Source: an uncultured beta proteobacterium
GTDB lineage: Bacteria > Pseudomonadota > Gammaproteobacteria > Burkholderiales > Burkholderiaceae_C
DNA: 64,000 nt
Direction: 5' to 3'
NCBI GenBank assembly: GCA_903845935.1
Contig: CAIMZI010000023.1
Coordinates: 693 to 64,692, forward strand
The notes below the pieces were generated by a model, which was not told the origin of the DNA, ran no database searches, and was given only the letters and a program-made list of their open reading frames with translations. The translations under genes were made by a program, and so were the position numbers. This document shows positions 16,972 through 25,827 of this stretch, in pieces. Within the stretch, counting starts at the first letter, position 1. The number at the start of each line of letters is the position of its first letter.

Positions 16972-17355
16972 CTAGAAGATATCCACATGCTCGGTGCTGA
17001 CTTCGCCAGGGGAAGACCCTGACGCAGTCGCACTGCCTTGAACGGTCTGCAACTGGCTTTCTTGAAAATGCACTGACTCTTCCCAAGCGGCCCAAGCACT
17101 CTCGTCATCGCCCTCAATCACCTCGACGGCGAGCATGCCTTCGGATGGGGGGGCTGGCAAGGCATTGGACGCCTCCTGCATGCTTTGCGACAAGGTAACC
17201 GAGCCCTGGTAGCCCGGCATCATGCTGTCCTGAAAGCTAACCGAATCTTCCCACGCGGCCCAATCAGACTCTTCATTACCTTCGCTTACATCCCCGGTCG
17301 GGATCGCTTCGAAGTCCTTGGATTGCTGTGGCGCGGGCCCGTCAAAATGGATCAC
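16972..17355 (-). CDS. small acidic protein with a tandem WAAWE repeat (hypothetical)
   Basis: GTG start with AGGGAG 6 nt upstream. The 127-aa product has two ~30-aa repeats, EGNEESDWAAWEDSVSFQDS...GSVT and EGDDESAWAAWEESVHFQES...GSAT. It has almost no basic residues. Confidence 0.6.
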   Translation of the reverse strand: MIHFDGPAPQQSKDFEAIPTGDVSEGNEESDWAAWEDSVSFQDSMMPGYQGSVTLSQSMQEASNALPAPPSEGMLAVEVIEGDDESAWAAWEESVHFQESQLQTVQGSATASGSSPGEVSTEHVDIF

Positions 17356-17406
17356 TGCAAGCTCCCTGGCTGGATCGCAACTTTACTATTGTGAGACAGT
17401 ATAGTG

Positions 17407-17422
17407 GGCAATTCAGGTGCCA
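17407..17422 (-). promoter_or_regulatory. sigma-54 promoter (-24/-12) for the acidic repeat protein gene
   Basis: Reverse strand reads TGGCACCTGAATTGCC, which is TGGCAC-N5-TTGC with exact spacing. The -12 GC lies about 53 nt upstream of the GTG at 17355. Confidence 0.55.
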
Positions 17423-17446
17423 GCACTGTTCATGGATGCTGGCACC
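17416..17446 (-). other. perfect 10-bp-stem hairpin between the DUF3141 gene and the acidic-protein gene
   Basis: GGTGCCAGCA-(11 nt)-TGCTGGCACC. It lies 40 nt downstream of the DUF3141 stop and overlaps the -24 element. It has no U-tract, so it is not a canonical intrinsic terminator. Confidence 0.5.
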
Positions 17447-17485
17447 AGGGTGACGGACGGCGCGGCGCTTAAGCTCACCGGCTCG

Positions 17486-19870
17486 CTAGGCTGCGGAGCC
17501 TTCCTTGCTGGATGACGCCGCGCTGACCACAACCACCTTATTTTTCGCCACCACCGGCTTGCCGTCCTGGCTCACCACACCGAGCAGTTGCTCCATGCGC
17601 TGGACCAATTTCAGCGAGTGTGGCTCCATCTCGGCGCGCGCGCCCAGAATGTGGTTGACCACCTCCAGCGCCATCTTCCGGTCGGCCTCGGTCTTGAGCA
17701 AAATGGGCAGCGTGTCCACCGCACGCTTGGGCTCAAACTCGGCAATCAGCGACTGCTGTTGGATCAGCTCGGCACGGCGCTCGGGCCCCATGTCCTTGAA
17801 GGGATGGGTTTCGTTGAGCACCTTGGCCGAACGCTCCAACCGGTCCTTGCGAACCGAACCACGCGAACCCGCCAGGAGAATCAGCATGCGGATAACGCCC
17901 GCACCCAGATCGCCATGTTCCATGTTCGCCAGCGCCGCCTTCACCTCGGGCAGGTGGCGCAGATTGCTCGCATCCTCCACCGCAACCTCCGCCACTCCGG
18001 CCTTGCCCAGGGCGTGCATCCAGGGAGTTCCATAAATGGACAAAAAGCTGTTCTCATAGGCTGCATCGCGCAGGTCGCGCATCAGGTCCATGCTTTGCAT
18101 CAGGCCGTTCGCCACCAGGCGCTCCAGTGCCAGAAACGGGTTGTCGGGCGCGGCCTTCTGGCGCGTGTCCCTGGCCCAGTCCACGCTGGGCGCCAGCAGA
18201 CCCAGCAGGGGGTTGGCGTCCGAAAACAGCTTGCGACTGACGCGGGAAGGGTGGGCATCGCGCAAGGCATCGGCCGAGGCCTGTGTCACCAGCGCCTGCA
18301 CCACTGGACGCAGCGACAGCTTGTAGGCCTGCGCGCCCAATTCCGAGAAGCGAGCCACGGCGGTAAAGTCTTTTTCCTGCTCGCGGTCGTTTTCCACCGT
18401 ACTCAGAATGTCCTGCATGCTGCGATCATGGAAGCTGACGAAAAAGTGTTCGTTGCCCTCGTCGCCGGCCGTTTCGTCGATCATCATCTCGTACAGGCCC
18501 GGTGCCAGCGCTTCAATGGTTTGGAGCGTGGAGGTCATTTCGGCGTGTTCCTTGCGCGCCACCGAAGAGGACACAAAGATGCCCAGATGTCCGACCTTTT
18601 CGTGCACCATGTACAAAATACGCTGGCCGCGCACGCGGATTTCCTGCTCGTCAACAAAGGTGTCCACGATCCAGTTCAGGGCCTGCTGCGGCGGCGTGAT
18701 GTTGTCACCGCGGCTGGCAAACACGATGATCGGCGCGCGAATGGCCTTGAGGTCCAACAGCTTGCCAGGCTCCAGTTGGGCCTGGCCCTTGGACAGTCGG
18801 TTGCCGACAAACAACTGCTCCACAATCCAGCTGATTTCGGCCTCGTTGGTGAAATGGAAGCCACCCCACCATTTCTCAAATTCCAGAAAGCTTTCGCGCT
18901 TGTTGTCGACATCGGCAAACAGGTCGTAGTACTTGCCAAAGAAATTGCGGCTGGGGTTGAGCATCTCAAAGTTGGACACCAGATGCGCGCCGTCAAACTC
19001 GCCCGCGCCCAGGTCGGCTGTCAGCATGGCCGGTACCACGCCGCCCAGCAGGCCGCCGTTGTAGCGCATGGGACTTTCGCCAATCTGGCCCGACCAGGTG
19101 GCCACCGGCGCACCGTTGAGCACCAGCGGACCGGTCAAATTCGGGTGCGACGCTGACAGTATCAGAGTAGCCCAGCCGCCCTGGCAGTTGCCCACCACCA
19201 CCGGCATGCCGGAGTCAGGATGCCGGCGCGCAATTTCGCGCAGAAATTCTGCCTCGGCGTTCATCACATGGACCAGGGTCTGGCCCGGTTCGGGGTGTTG
19301 ACGAAACACCACAAAGTACACCGGATGACCGGCGCGCAAGGCCACGCCGACCTGGCTGTCGGGCTTGAAACCACCGATGCCCGCACCGTGACCAGCACGC
19401 GGATCAATGATCATGAAGGGGCGCTTGGCGTCGTCCACGGTCACACCAGCGGGCGGCAGAATGCGCAGCAGCTGGTAGTTCACCGGATGCTCCAGCGTGC
19501 GGCCATCGAAGATGGTCTCATAAGCGTAGTTCAGCACCGGAGGTGTGCCGGCCTCCTCGTGGCTCTTGTCATTGTTGCCACGCTCGCGCAGCACATCGAC
19601 GGTCAGCGCCAGGCGCTGAGCCGCGTCCAGACCGTAATCACTCGCCAGTTGGAGGAGGCTACCGCTGCCCACGGCAGCAAGGATGGACTGTTGGGTCAAG
19701 GCCAGCTCTTTCGACAAGTCCAGACCGCGCTTCACGTGGGTCTTGACAATCTTTTGGCGATGGTGGGTGGCGCTGGTGAGCAATCGGTTGGATTGCTTGG
19801 CTTGCGTGTCCAGGTCGGCGGGTAGGCTTTTCTGGAGCGGGCTGAGACTGAAGATAGAAAACATGGACAT
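17486..19870 (-). CDS. DUF3141-type alpha/beta-hydrolase-fold protein (PHA-synthase-like lipase box with Cys)
   Basis: 794 aa. PFMIIDPRAGHGAGIGGFKPDSQVGVALRAGHPVYFVVF and the G-x-C-x-G box (VVGNCQGGW) resemble proteins often annotated as 3-hydroxyalkanoate synthetase/DUF3141. The family assignment is from memory, not from a search. Confidence 0.6.
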   Translation of the reverse strand: MSMFSIFSLSPLQKSLPADLDTQAKQSNRLLTSATHHRQKIVKTHVKRGLDLSKELALTQQSILAAVGSGSLLQLASDYGLDAAQRLALTVDVLRERGNNDKSHEEAGTPPVLNYAYETIFDGRTLEHPVNYQLLRILPPAGVTVDDAKRPFMIIDPRAGHGAGIGGFKPDSQVGVALRAGHPVYFVVFRQHPEPGQTLVHVMNAEAEFLREIARRHPDSGMPVVVGNCQGGWATLILSASHPNLTGPLVLNGAPVATWSGQIGESPMRYNGGLLGGVVPAMLTADLGAGEFDGAHLVSNFEMLNPSRNFFGKYYDLFADVDNKRESFLEFEKWWGGFHFTNEAEISWIVEQLFVGNRLSKGQAQLEPGKLLDLKAIRAPIIVFASRGDNITPPQQALNWIVDTFVDEQEIRVRGQRILYMVHEKVGHLGIFVSSSVARKEHAEMTSTLQTIEALAPGLYEMMIDETAGDEGNEHFFVSFHDRSMQDILSTVENDREQEKDFTAVARFSELGAQAYKLSLRPVVQALVTQASADALRDAHPSRVSRKLFSDANPLLGLLAPSVDWARDTRQKAAPDNPFLALERLVANGLMQSMDLMRDLRDAAYENSFLSIYGTPWMHALGKAGVAEVAVEDASNLRHLPEVKAALANMEHGDLGAGVIRMLILLAGSRGSVRKDRLERSAKVLNETHPFKDMGPERRAELIQQQSLIAEFEPKRAVDTLPILLKTEADRKMALEVVNHILGARAEMEPHSLKLVQRMEQLLGVVSQDGKPVVAKNKVVVVSAASSSKEGSAA

Positions 19871-19992
19871 TTCCGGTAACCAGGCACGGTTGCCTAGGGT
19901 TTATACCAGTGTAGGGCAGTCAGGCTACATTTACCTTGCACTGCAGCAAACTTGAGCACGTCACTCTAATATAGTGCCCTTGGTTGCGGCAA

Positions 19993-20826
19993 CTATTGCG
20001 GCTGACTGGCCAGGCGAAAGCGGGTGACGCAGCGGTCAAACACGTCGGCCATGTCCGGGTCACTCCAGTCCAAACCCAGCTCCGTCACGGCGTGCTGATT
20101 GATCAGGGTGACGCGGTTCTTGGGCGAAGCCGGCAGGTCCAGCGCGCGCACGATGGTCTCGGACAAACAAATCGCGGCCTGTAGCGGGCAGGTCACGGTT
20201 TCTTCGTCGTGGTGATTGAGGATGGCAGAGTAAATTTCCTCTGGCAGATTCCAGTAGCGCGCAAGCTGCGCACCCACGGCGCAGTGGTCGACGCCAAACA
20301 CCTCGGCCTCGCGCAGCAGCAACCGTCCGTCAGCGATAGAGTCCATATAGACTTTCTCGAAGGCGCGCTCGTCCAACATGTTCAGACCGAGCTGGCCCAC
20401 GTCATGCAACATGCCGGCGATATAGGCCAGGTCTTGCGACTCGCCACTGAGCGCCGCCAGTTCCTGCGCGGCAATGGCCACGGCCAGAGAGTGCTGAAAC
20501 AGAAACAGTCCACCCGGCACAGAAGACACGAAGCGGTTCATGCCGGTGCTCACCACAATGCGCCGCACCCGGTTGACGCCAATGATGGACGCCGCCACAA
20601 AGGAATCAGTCAGGTCCGATTGCGCATGGATGCGGCGCACATGGTTGGCCTGGGCCAGAATGTTGGCGGAGATGATGGGGTCGTTGCGGGCCATGCGGGC
20701 CAGCACCTCGAGCGAGGCAGACTCGTCCCGCAACATGTCTAGCAGCTGGATGACGATGGTCGGAAACGCAGGCAGCTTCTTGGCCATCTTGGCCACCTCT
20801 TGGGCCAGATTCGCACTGTTCAGCAT
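19993..20826 (-). CDS. HDOD domain-containing signalling protein
   Basis: 277 aa with LPAFPTIVIQLLDMLRDE...LARMARNDPIISANILAQAN...HSLAVAIAAQELA...AGMLHDVGQL, the HDOD signature. Confidence 0.8.
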   Translation of the reverse strand: MLNSANLAQEVAKMAKKLPAFPTIVIQLLDMLRDESASLEVLARMARNDPIISANILAQANHVRRIHAQSDLTDSFVAASIIGVNRVRRIVVSTGMNRFVSSVPGGLFLFQHSLAVAIAAQELAALSGESQDLAYIAGMLHDVGQLGLNMLDERAFEKVYMDSIADGRLLLREAEVFGVDHCAVGAQLARYWNLPEEIYSAILNHHDEETVTCPLQAAICLSETIVRALDLPASPKNRVTLINQHAVTELGLDWSDPDMADVFDRCVTRFRLASQPQ

Positions 20827-21191
20827 GGCATGGGTCCGCGGCGCAGCAAGGCATCGAGCAGGGCCTGGCAGTGTTCGGTGCGCTCAGGTCCAAAAATTTG
20901 CCCCAACCGCGCCTCGTAGGATTGCGTGGCCAGCGCGTAGTCCGCTTCGCTCATGGGCTCGGTGTTGAGCACGGCCACGCACTCAATTCCCTTGACGATC
21001 ATCTGCCCTATGGTTTCTTCGGCCAGGGTGGCACCAGCCGGCAGGGACATGGTGGCATAGCCGCCCGATGCGGCCGACACCGACTTTGCCAGAACCATGT
21101 CGGGCTTGAGCGCCATGGTGCTTACCCAGCAGGGACGTAGCCGTGTTTCCGCCATAACCGGCGCTGCGGGTTCGGGTTGATCGAATTCCAT
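20820..21191 (-). CDS. hypothetical protein translationally coupled to the HDOD gene
   Basis: ORF 20820-21248 trimmed to ATG 21191 (AAGGTG 7 nt upstream). It overlaps the HDOD start by 7 nt. I recognise no family. Confidence 0.5.
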   Translation of the reverse strand: MEFDQPEPAAPVMAETRLRPCWVSTMALKPDMVLAKSVSAASGGYATMSLPAGATLAEETIGQMIVKGIECVAVLNTEPMSEADYALATQSYEARLGQIFGPERTEHCQALLDALLRRGPMPC

Positions 21192-21393
21192 GCGTGCACA
21201 CCTTGTAAAAAAAGCGGTAAGTCCGTCCAGCCCAAAACACTGGACCAAGGTACCGACACGACTACCGCTGCATGATAGAGCAGTGCTTGTGCCAATCAGA
21301 GTGCGAAATCTCGACCCACAACATGCCCTTGCTGAGCGACGGACATGGTCAGGGCTGAGGCACGTGAACCTGCCAAGCCACTAAACTTGAATA

Positions 21394-21783
21394 ATGGACT
21401 ACGCAACAATCAAACATATTCACTTGGGCGCGGTGGCGCTATCGGCCCTGGGCTTTGCCGCACGCGCCATCGCCTCCCTGCAAGGGGCGACCTGGGTTCA
21501 GGCTCGCCCGGCCAAAATCCTGCCACACATCGTCGACACGGTGCTGCTGGCCTCGGCCCTCACCCTGGCCTGGATGCTGCATCTCGACCCCGCGCAAACG
21601 CCTTGGCTGTTGGCCAAGATTCTGGGCCTGCTGGCCTATATCGGCTTGGGCATGCTGGCCCTGCGTCCACGGCTTTCGCGTCCCTCGCGTGGCGCATTCG
21701 CCGGCGCTGCCTTGCTGGTGCTGGCCTGGATTGCGTCGGTCGCCGTGCTCAAAAATCCCTGGGGATTTATTCACTTACTCTAA
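21394..21783 (+). CDS. SirB2-family small membrane protein
   Basis: 129 aa with four hydrophobic segments. The IKHIHLGAVALS...LPHIVDTVLLASAL...KILGLLAYIGLGMLAL pattern matches SirB2/YchQ-like proteins. Confidence 0.65.
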   Translation: MDYATIKHIHLGAVALSALGFAARAIASLQGATWVQARPAKILPHIVDTVLLASALTLAWMLHLDPAQTPWLLAKILGLLAYIGLGMLALRPRLSRPSRGAFAGAALLVLAWIASVAVLKNPWGFIHLL

Positions 21784-21794
21784 TTCGCACATGG

Positions 21795-21810
21795 TGGCAC
21801 GCAAGATGCT
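21795..21810 (+). promoter_or_regulatory. sigma-54 promoter upstream of the exported hypothetical + ABC transporter genes
   Basis: TGGCACGCAAGATGCT has GG-N10-GC spacing exactly right. It lies 66 nt upstream of ATG 21876. Confidence 0.5.
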
Positions 21811-21875
21811 TATTTCACGCTTAAAAATAAAGGTGGTCACCCTCATCGCCCAGCGGCATCCCATTACGAACAACC

Positions 21876-22457
21876 ATGACACGCGTGCACAATGCAGCCA
21901 CCGGACTGCACCGACTTTTTATCCTGGCTTTCCTGCTGACCCTGGCGCAGCTGGCCCATGCCTGGGAGCTTTCGGGCATTAAAACCATCAGCGCCCTGAC
22001 CCGGGACCAGCAGCTCATTCCTATTGGCAGCGTGGAATTCAAGCCGCTGCCCAACGGTGCGACCGGATTCAAACTGACCATGGACCATGGCCGCTTCAGC
22101 GACCACTTTCTGTCCATGAAGGAGTTCAAATGCCTGGAAAGTGCCGAGGAGGTGCTGTGCCATGTGCCCTACCCCTATAAGACTCCGGGCACCGTGAGCG
22201 ACAAAGACTATGCCTGGTTGGAAAACAGCCTGCTGTTTCTGTTCAAGCAGCCTAGGGATTTTGGCGCCAAACTGTGGAACGGCCTGTATTTCCGTCTGGA
22301 GCGCGACGAGGCCGGCCTGGTAGGCCTGCCCCAGGCGGTGGACCTAAACCTGATCAGCGCTCCACCCGATGACCTGCTCACACCGCCCTACAATGCCGCT
22401 GTACGCGACGATGTGACGCCCGAAGCGCACTGGATCACCCGCTTGCTGATTCGCTGA
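21876..22457 (+). CDS. exported hypothetical protein
   Basis: Signal peptide LHRLFILAFLLTLAQLAHA. I recognise no family. It is co-oriented with the downstream ABC transporter. Confidence 0.55.
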   Translation: MTRVHNAATGLHRLFILAFLLTLAQLAHAWELSGIKTISALTRDQQLIPIGSVEFKPLPNGATGFKLTMDHGRFSDHFLSMKEFKCLESAEEVLCHVPYPYKTPGTVSDKDYAWLENSLLFLFKQPRDFGAKLWNGLYFRLERDEAGLVGLPQAVDLNLISAPPDDLLTPPYNAAVRDDVTPEAHWITRLLIR

Positions 22458-22470
22458 GTTGGCGCCGGGC

Positions 22471-22486
22471 TGGCACGCCACTTGCG
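22471..22486 (+). promoter_or_regulatory. sigma-54 promoter upstream of the ABC substrate-binding protein gene
   Basis: TGGCACGCCACTTGCG is TGGCAC-N5-TTGC with exact spacing. It lies 37 nt upstream of the GTG at 22523. Confidence 0.6.
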
Positions 22487-22522
22487 CTGTGTGAAGCATT
22501 ATTTAAAAACCAAGAGACAATC

Positions 22523-23548
22523 GTGCCCCGGCCTGCCATGACTTTGCGCTTTTTCCCCCGCCTGCTGAGCTGCTTTTTGCTGGCCTTGGCAGCCTCTCTG
22601 TGCCACGCCGCCGACAGCCCAGCTGCCACATTGCGCGTGGGAGTGCTCCAATTTGGAACAGTGGGCTGGGAACTGGATGTGATGCAAGCCCACCATCTGG
22701 CACAGAAACGCGGACTGAACCTCAAGATCGTTCCGCTGGCTTCCGGCGATGCATCCACCGTCGCCCTGCAGGGCGACGCGGTGGACATCATCGTGTCGGA
22801 CTGGATCTGGGTCACGCGCCAGCGCGCCGACGGCATGAACGTCAGCTTCGCCCCCTACTCCAATGCCGTGGGTTCGCTGATGGTCAAGGCCGACAGCGGC
22901 CTGCGCAGCCTGGCAGACCTGAAGGGCAAGTCGATCGGGGTTTCTGGCGGGCCCTATGACAAGACCTGGCTGTTGTTGCGCGCCTACGCCAACAAAAAGC
23001 TGGGCCTGGACCTGGCCTCTGCGCTGCGCCCGGTCTATGCCGCGCCACCCCTGCTCAACGAGCTGGCGCTAAGCGGCCAGGTGGACGGCGCGCTCAACGT
23101 CTGGCATTACGACGCCCGCCTGGAGGCAAAGGGCATGCGGGCGCTGATCAAACTGCCCGAGATCCTGGCGGGCCTGGGAGTGGACAAACCGATGCCGCTG
23201 ATTGGCTGGGTGTTTCGGGAAGACTGGGCCAAGCAGAATCGCGAGGCGTTGGAGCGCTTTCTGTCTGCCTCGCAGGAAGCCAATGGCATCATGGCCAAAA
23301 GCGATGCCGAATGGGAGCGCCTCAAGCCCTTGATGCACGTCGAAGACCAGGCCACGTTTCTGGCGCTGCGCGATGGCTACCGCAACGGTATTGCCAGCTG
23401 CGAGCATGTTGACAGCCAGGCCACTGCAGCCAGCGTCTTCAAGGTACTGGCAGAGACCGGTGGTGACAAGCTGGTGGGCAAATCCCGGGTACTGAGTGAA
23501 GGCACTTTCTGGAACGGCAGCCCACTGCCCACATGTCCGAAGAATTGA
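22523..23548 (+). CDS. ABC transporter substrate-binding protein (NMT1/THI5-like, NitT/TauT family)
   Basis: 341 aa with a signal peptide ending LCHAAD. It sits next to a NitT/TauT-type permease and ATPase. The start is GTG 22523 or ATG 22538. Confidence 0.7.
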   Translation: MPRPAMTLRFFPRLLSCFLLALAASLCHAADSPAATLRVGVLQFGTVGWELDVMQAHHLAQKRGLNLKIVPLASGDASTVALQGDAVDIIVSDWIWVTRQRADGMNVSFAPYSNAVGSLMVKADSGLRSLADLKGKSIGVSGGPYDKTWLLLRAYANKKLGLDLASALRPVYAAPPLLNELALSGQVDGALNVWHYDARLEAKGMRALIKLPEILAGLGVDKPMPLIGWVFREDWAKQNREALERFLSASQEANGIMAKSDAEWERLKPLMHVEDQATFLALRDGYRNGIASCEHVDSQATAASVFKVLAETGGDKLVGKSRVLSEGTFWNGSPLPTCPKN

Positions 23549-24300
23549 GTTCGCAGTCCGCCGCCAGCGCCTGGTCACGCGTCTGGCCGCTGCTGCTGCT
23601 GACCCTGCTATGGCAAGTTGTGGCCTTGCAGGCACATAGCCGAGTGCTGCCCACGCCGGTGGCGGTGTTTGAAGTTCTGGTGAACGAACTGATGTCGGGC
23701 GAACTGCTGTTTCACCTGGGCAAAACCATGGCCCGCGTGACCATCAGCTTTTGCCTGGCCATGCTCTTGGGCGTAGCGCTAGGAATCCTGATGGGCCGCT
23801 CACGGCGCTGGGACCGGGCACTTGACAGCCTGCTGATTCTGGGCCTGAACATACCGGCGCTGGTGACCACCATCCTCTGCTTTATCTGGTTCGGACTCAG
23901 CGAGAGTGCGGCCATTCTGGCGGTGGTGCTCAACAAAATTCCCATGGTGGCGATCAATCTGCGTGAGGGCGCACGCGCCGTAGACGGCCAGCTGATGGAG
24001 GTGGCCCAGGTCTATCGCCTGGGTCGGTCGAAGCGATTTTTTATGGTCTACCTGCCCCAGCTCTACCCCTATCTGTTCAGCTCGGCGCGCAATGGGCTGG
24101 CGCTGATCTGGAAGATTGTGCTGGTGGTGGAGCTGCTGGGTCGCAGCGACGGTGTGGGCTTTCAAATCGGCAGCTTTTTCCACTTCTTCGACATCACCAG
24201 CATCCTGGCCTACACCCTGGCTTTTTCGGCCGTTATCTTTTTGCTGGAGGCCCTGCTGCTGCGACCCTTGGAGAATCGGCTCAACCGCTGGCGCCTATGA
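23533..24300 (+). CDS. ABC transporter permease (NitT/TauT family)
   Basis: 255 aa and multi-TM, with an EAA-like loop (LREGARAVDGQLMEVAQVYRLG). It overlaps both neighbouring genes. Confidence 0.8.
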   Translation: MSEELSSQSAASAWSRVWPLLLLTLLWQVVALQAHSRVLPTPVAVFEVLVNELMSGELLFHLGKTMARVTISFCLAMLLGVALGILMGRSRRWDRALDSLLILGLNIPALVTTILCFIWFGLSESAAILAVVLNKIPMVAINLREGARAVDGQLMEVAQVYRLGRSKRFFMVYLPQLYPYLFSSARNGLALIWKIVLVVELLGRSDGVGFQIGSFFHFFDITSILAYTLAFSAVIFLLEALLLRPLENRLNRWRL

Positions 24301-25025
24301 ACATGCTGTCCATCACTGTCCGCGCCAAATGCTACTCCAACGGCAGCTGCGCCATTGAAAACCTGTCTTTCAGCGCCCGACCGGGCGAATTTGTGGCCAT
24401 CGTCGGCCCGTCCGGTGCGGGCAAGTCCACGTTGTTGAAAATCATCAGTGGGCTCGATACCAATTTTGACGGGCAGCTGGATTTTGTGGGCCAAGCGCGC
24501 GTGGGCTTTATGTTCCAGGAGCCGCGCCTCATGCCCTGGCTGACGGTGGCGCAGAATCTGGCCTTGGTCGATGCCAGCGCCACCGGCAGCCGACTCCATC
24601 AGGCACTGGAGCGGGTCGGGCTAGGGGACTGTTCGCAGCTGTTTCCACGCCAGCTCTCGGGCGGCATGCAAAGGCGCGTGGCCCTGCTGCGTGCCTTTCT
24701 GATGGAGCCGCAATTGCTGCTGATGGATGAGCCGTTTCAGTCGCTGGACGACCCTACCGCCGAGCAGTTGCGAGCGCAATTGCTGTCGCTGTGGCAGGCG
24801 ACGAAACCCACGGTACTGTTTGTCACCCACAACCTGCAGGAGGCCTTGTCGCTGGCCGACCGCGTGCTGTTTCTTTCCGCTGGACCTGCGCGCGTGGTGC
24901 TGGATGTGCCGGTCGACCTGCCGCGTCCGCGCTGCCTGGACTCAAGCGGCGTGCAGCAGCTTAGCCAGCAATTATTGGCCGACTACCCTGATCTGCTCAA
25001 GGGTCGGCTCGCCTGCCCCAGTTAG
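24297..25025 (+). CDS. ABC transporter ATP-binding protein
   Basis: Walker A GPSGAGKST, signature LSGGMQRRVAL and Walker B LLLMDEPF. ATGA overlap with the permease gene. Confidence 0.85.
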   Translation: MNMLSITVRAKCYSNGSCAIENLSFSARPGEFVAIVGPSGAGKSTLLKIISGLDTNFDGQLDFVGQARVGFMFQEPRLMPWLTVAQNLALVDASATGSRLHQALERVGLGDCSQLFPRQLSGGMQRRVALLRAFLMEPQLLLMDEPFQSLDDPTAEQLRAQLLSLWQATKPTVLFVTHNLQEALSLADRVLFLSAGPARVVLDVPVDLPRPRCLDSSGVQQLSQQLLADYPDLLKGRLACPS

Positions 25026-25705
25026 GCCTGCGCGATCAGCGTATTGCTGAGCGCCGTGTTGCTGGAGCCGTAACCCAGGTTTTGCTGCATCTGGGTCAAC
25101 AAGGCCTGCAACGTGGCCTGTGTTGTGCTGGTGGCGGTTCCGGTGGTGGCGCTGCTCGTGCCAGCCGTGGCGCTGCGGCTGCCCTGCAAATCGGACGCCA
25201 ATTGGGTGAAAGCACTTTGCAAGGCGGCCGGTGCCTGACCGTTGCTGACCTGTGAAATCAGTGCGGACAAGCCGGATGCGAAGTTGCTAGCGCCACCGCT
25301 GGCAGCCGTGCTGCTGGAAGTCGATGCGCTCTGGCTCTTGGCCGCCTGAAACAAGGCCTGCATGAACTGGCGCATGTCGGACTTGATGTTGCCGGTGGCG
25401 GATGTAGAGCCAGAGCCGTCGGAATCCCCATCGCTATCTGCGCTGGCAGTGCTGGAAGTGCCGGTCGTACTGGTGCTGCCAGTGGTAGCAGTGGTACCAC
25501 TGGCTGCCGTCAAACCCAGGCTTTGCAGGGCCTGCGCCAGCGCGTCTTGCATCTGGCCGCCTCCATGGCCGTGGCCGCCATGGCGTTTGACACTTTGTCC
25601 AGCGTCGCCATCGGGATCGGAGCCACTGCCCTGTACGGACTGCGAGCCCTGCAGCGCAGTGGAGGGCTGGACGTAATTAGAAGAAAGGCCGCTGATGCTG
25701 GTCAT
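25022..25705 (-). CDS. low-complexity Ser/Thr/Gly/Ala-rich protein (hypothetical)
   Basis: 227 aa with AAGGAA 7 nt upstream of the ATG and no signal peptide. Contains KRHGGHGHGGG and LAQALQSLGL motifs, also seen in the 28648-28998 product. Confidence 0.5.
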   Translation of the reverse strand: MTSISGLSSNYVQPSTALQGSQSVQGSGSDPDGDAGQSVKRHGGHGHGGGQMQDALAQALQSLGLTAASGTTATTGSTSTTGTSSTASADSDGDSDGSGSTSATGNIKSDMRQFMQALFQAAKSQSASTSSSTAASGGASNFASGLSALISQVSNGQAPAALQSAFTQLASDLQGSRSATAGTSSATTGTATSTTQATLQALLTQMQQNLGYGSSNTALSNTLIAQA

Positions 25706-25827
25706 GAAAATTCCTTGTTGCAGTGTATGACTCCATTTGAATTCGACATAAATTTCTATAAATCAAATGAAAAGCGGCATTAACACCCCTATTTACCTAT
25801 CTTTACCGCAGCTTTGTAAAGATGGGC

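Noticed and set aside
17588-19156. 522-aa plus-strand ORF opposite the DUF3141 gene (also 49898-51094 opposite the TonB receptor and 16051-17117 opposite icd)
   Set aside because: The same shadow-ORF pattern applies. The opposite-strand proteins carry recognisable family motifs.
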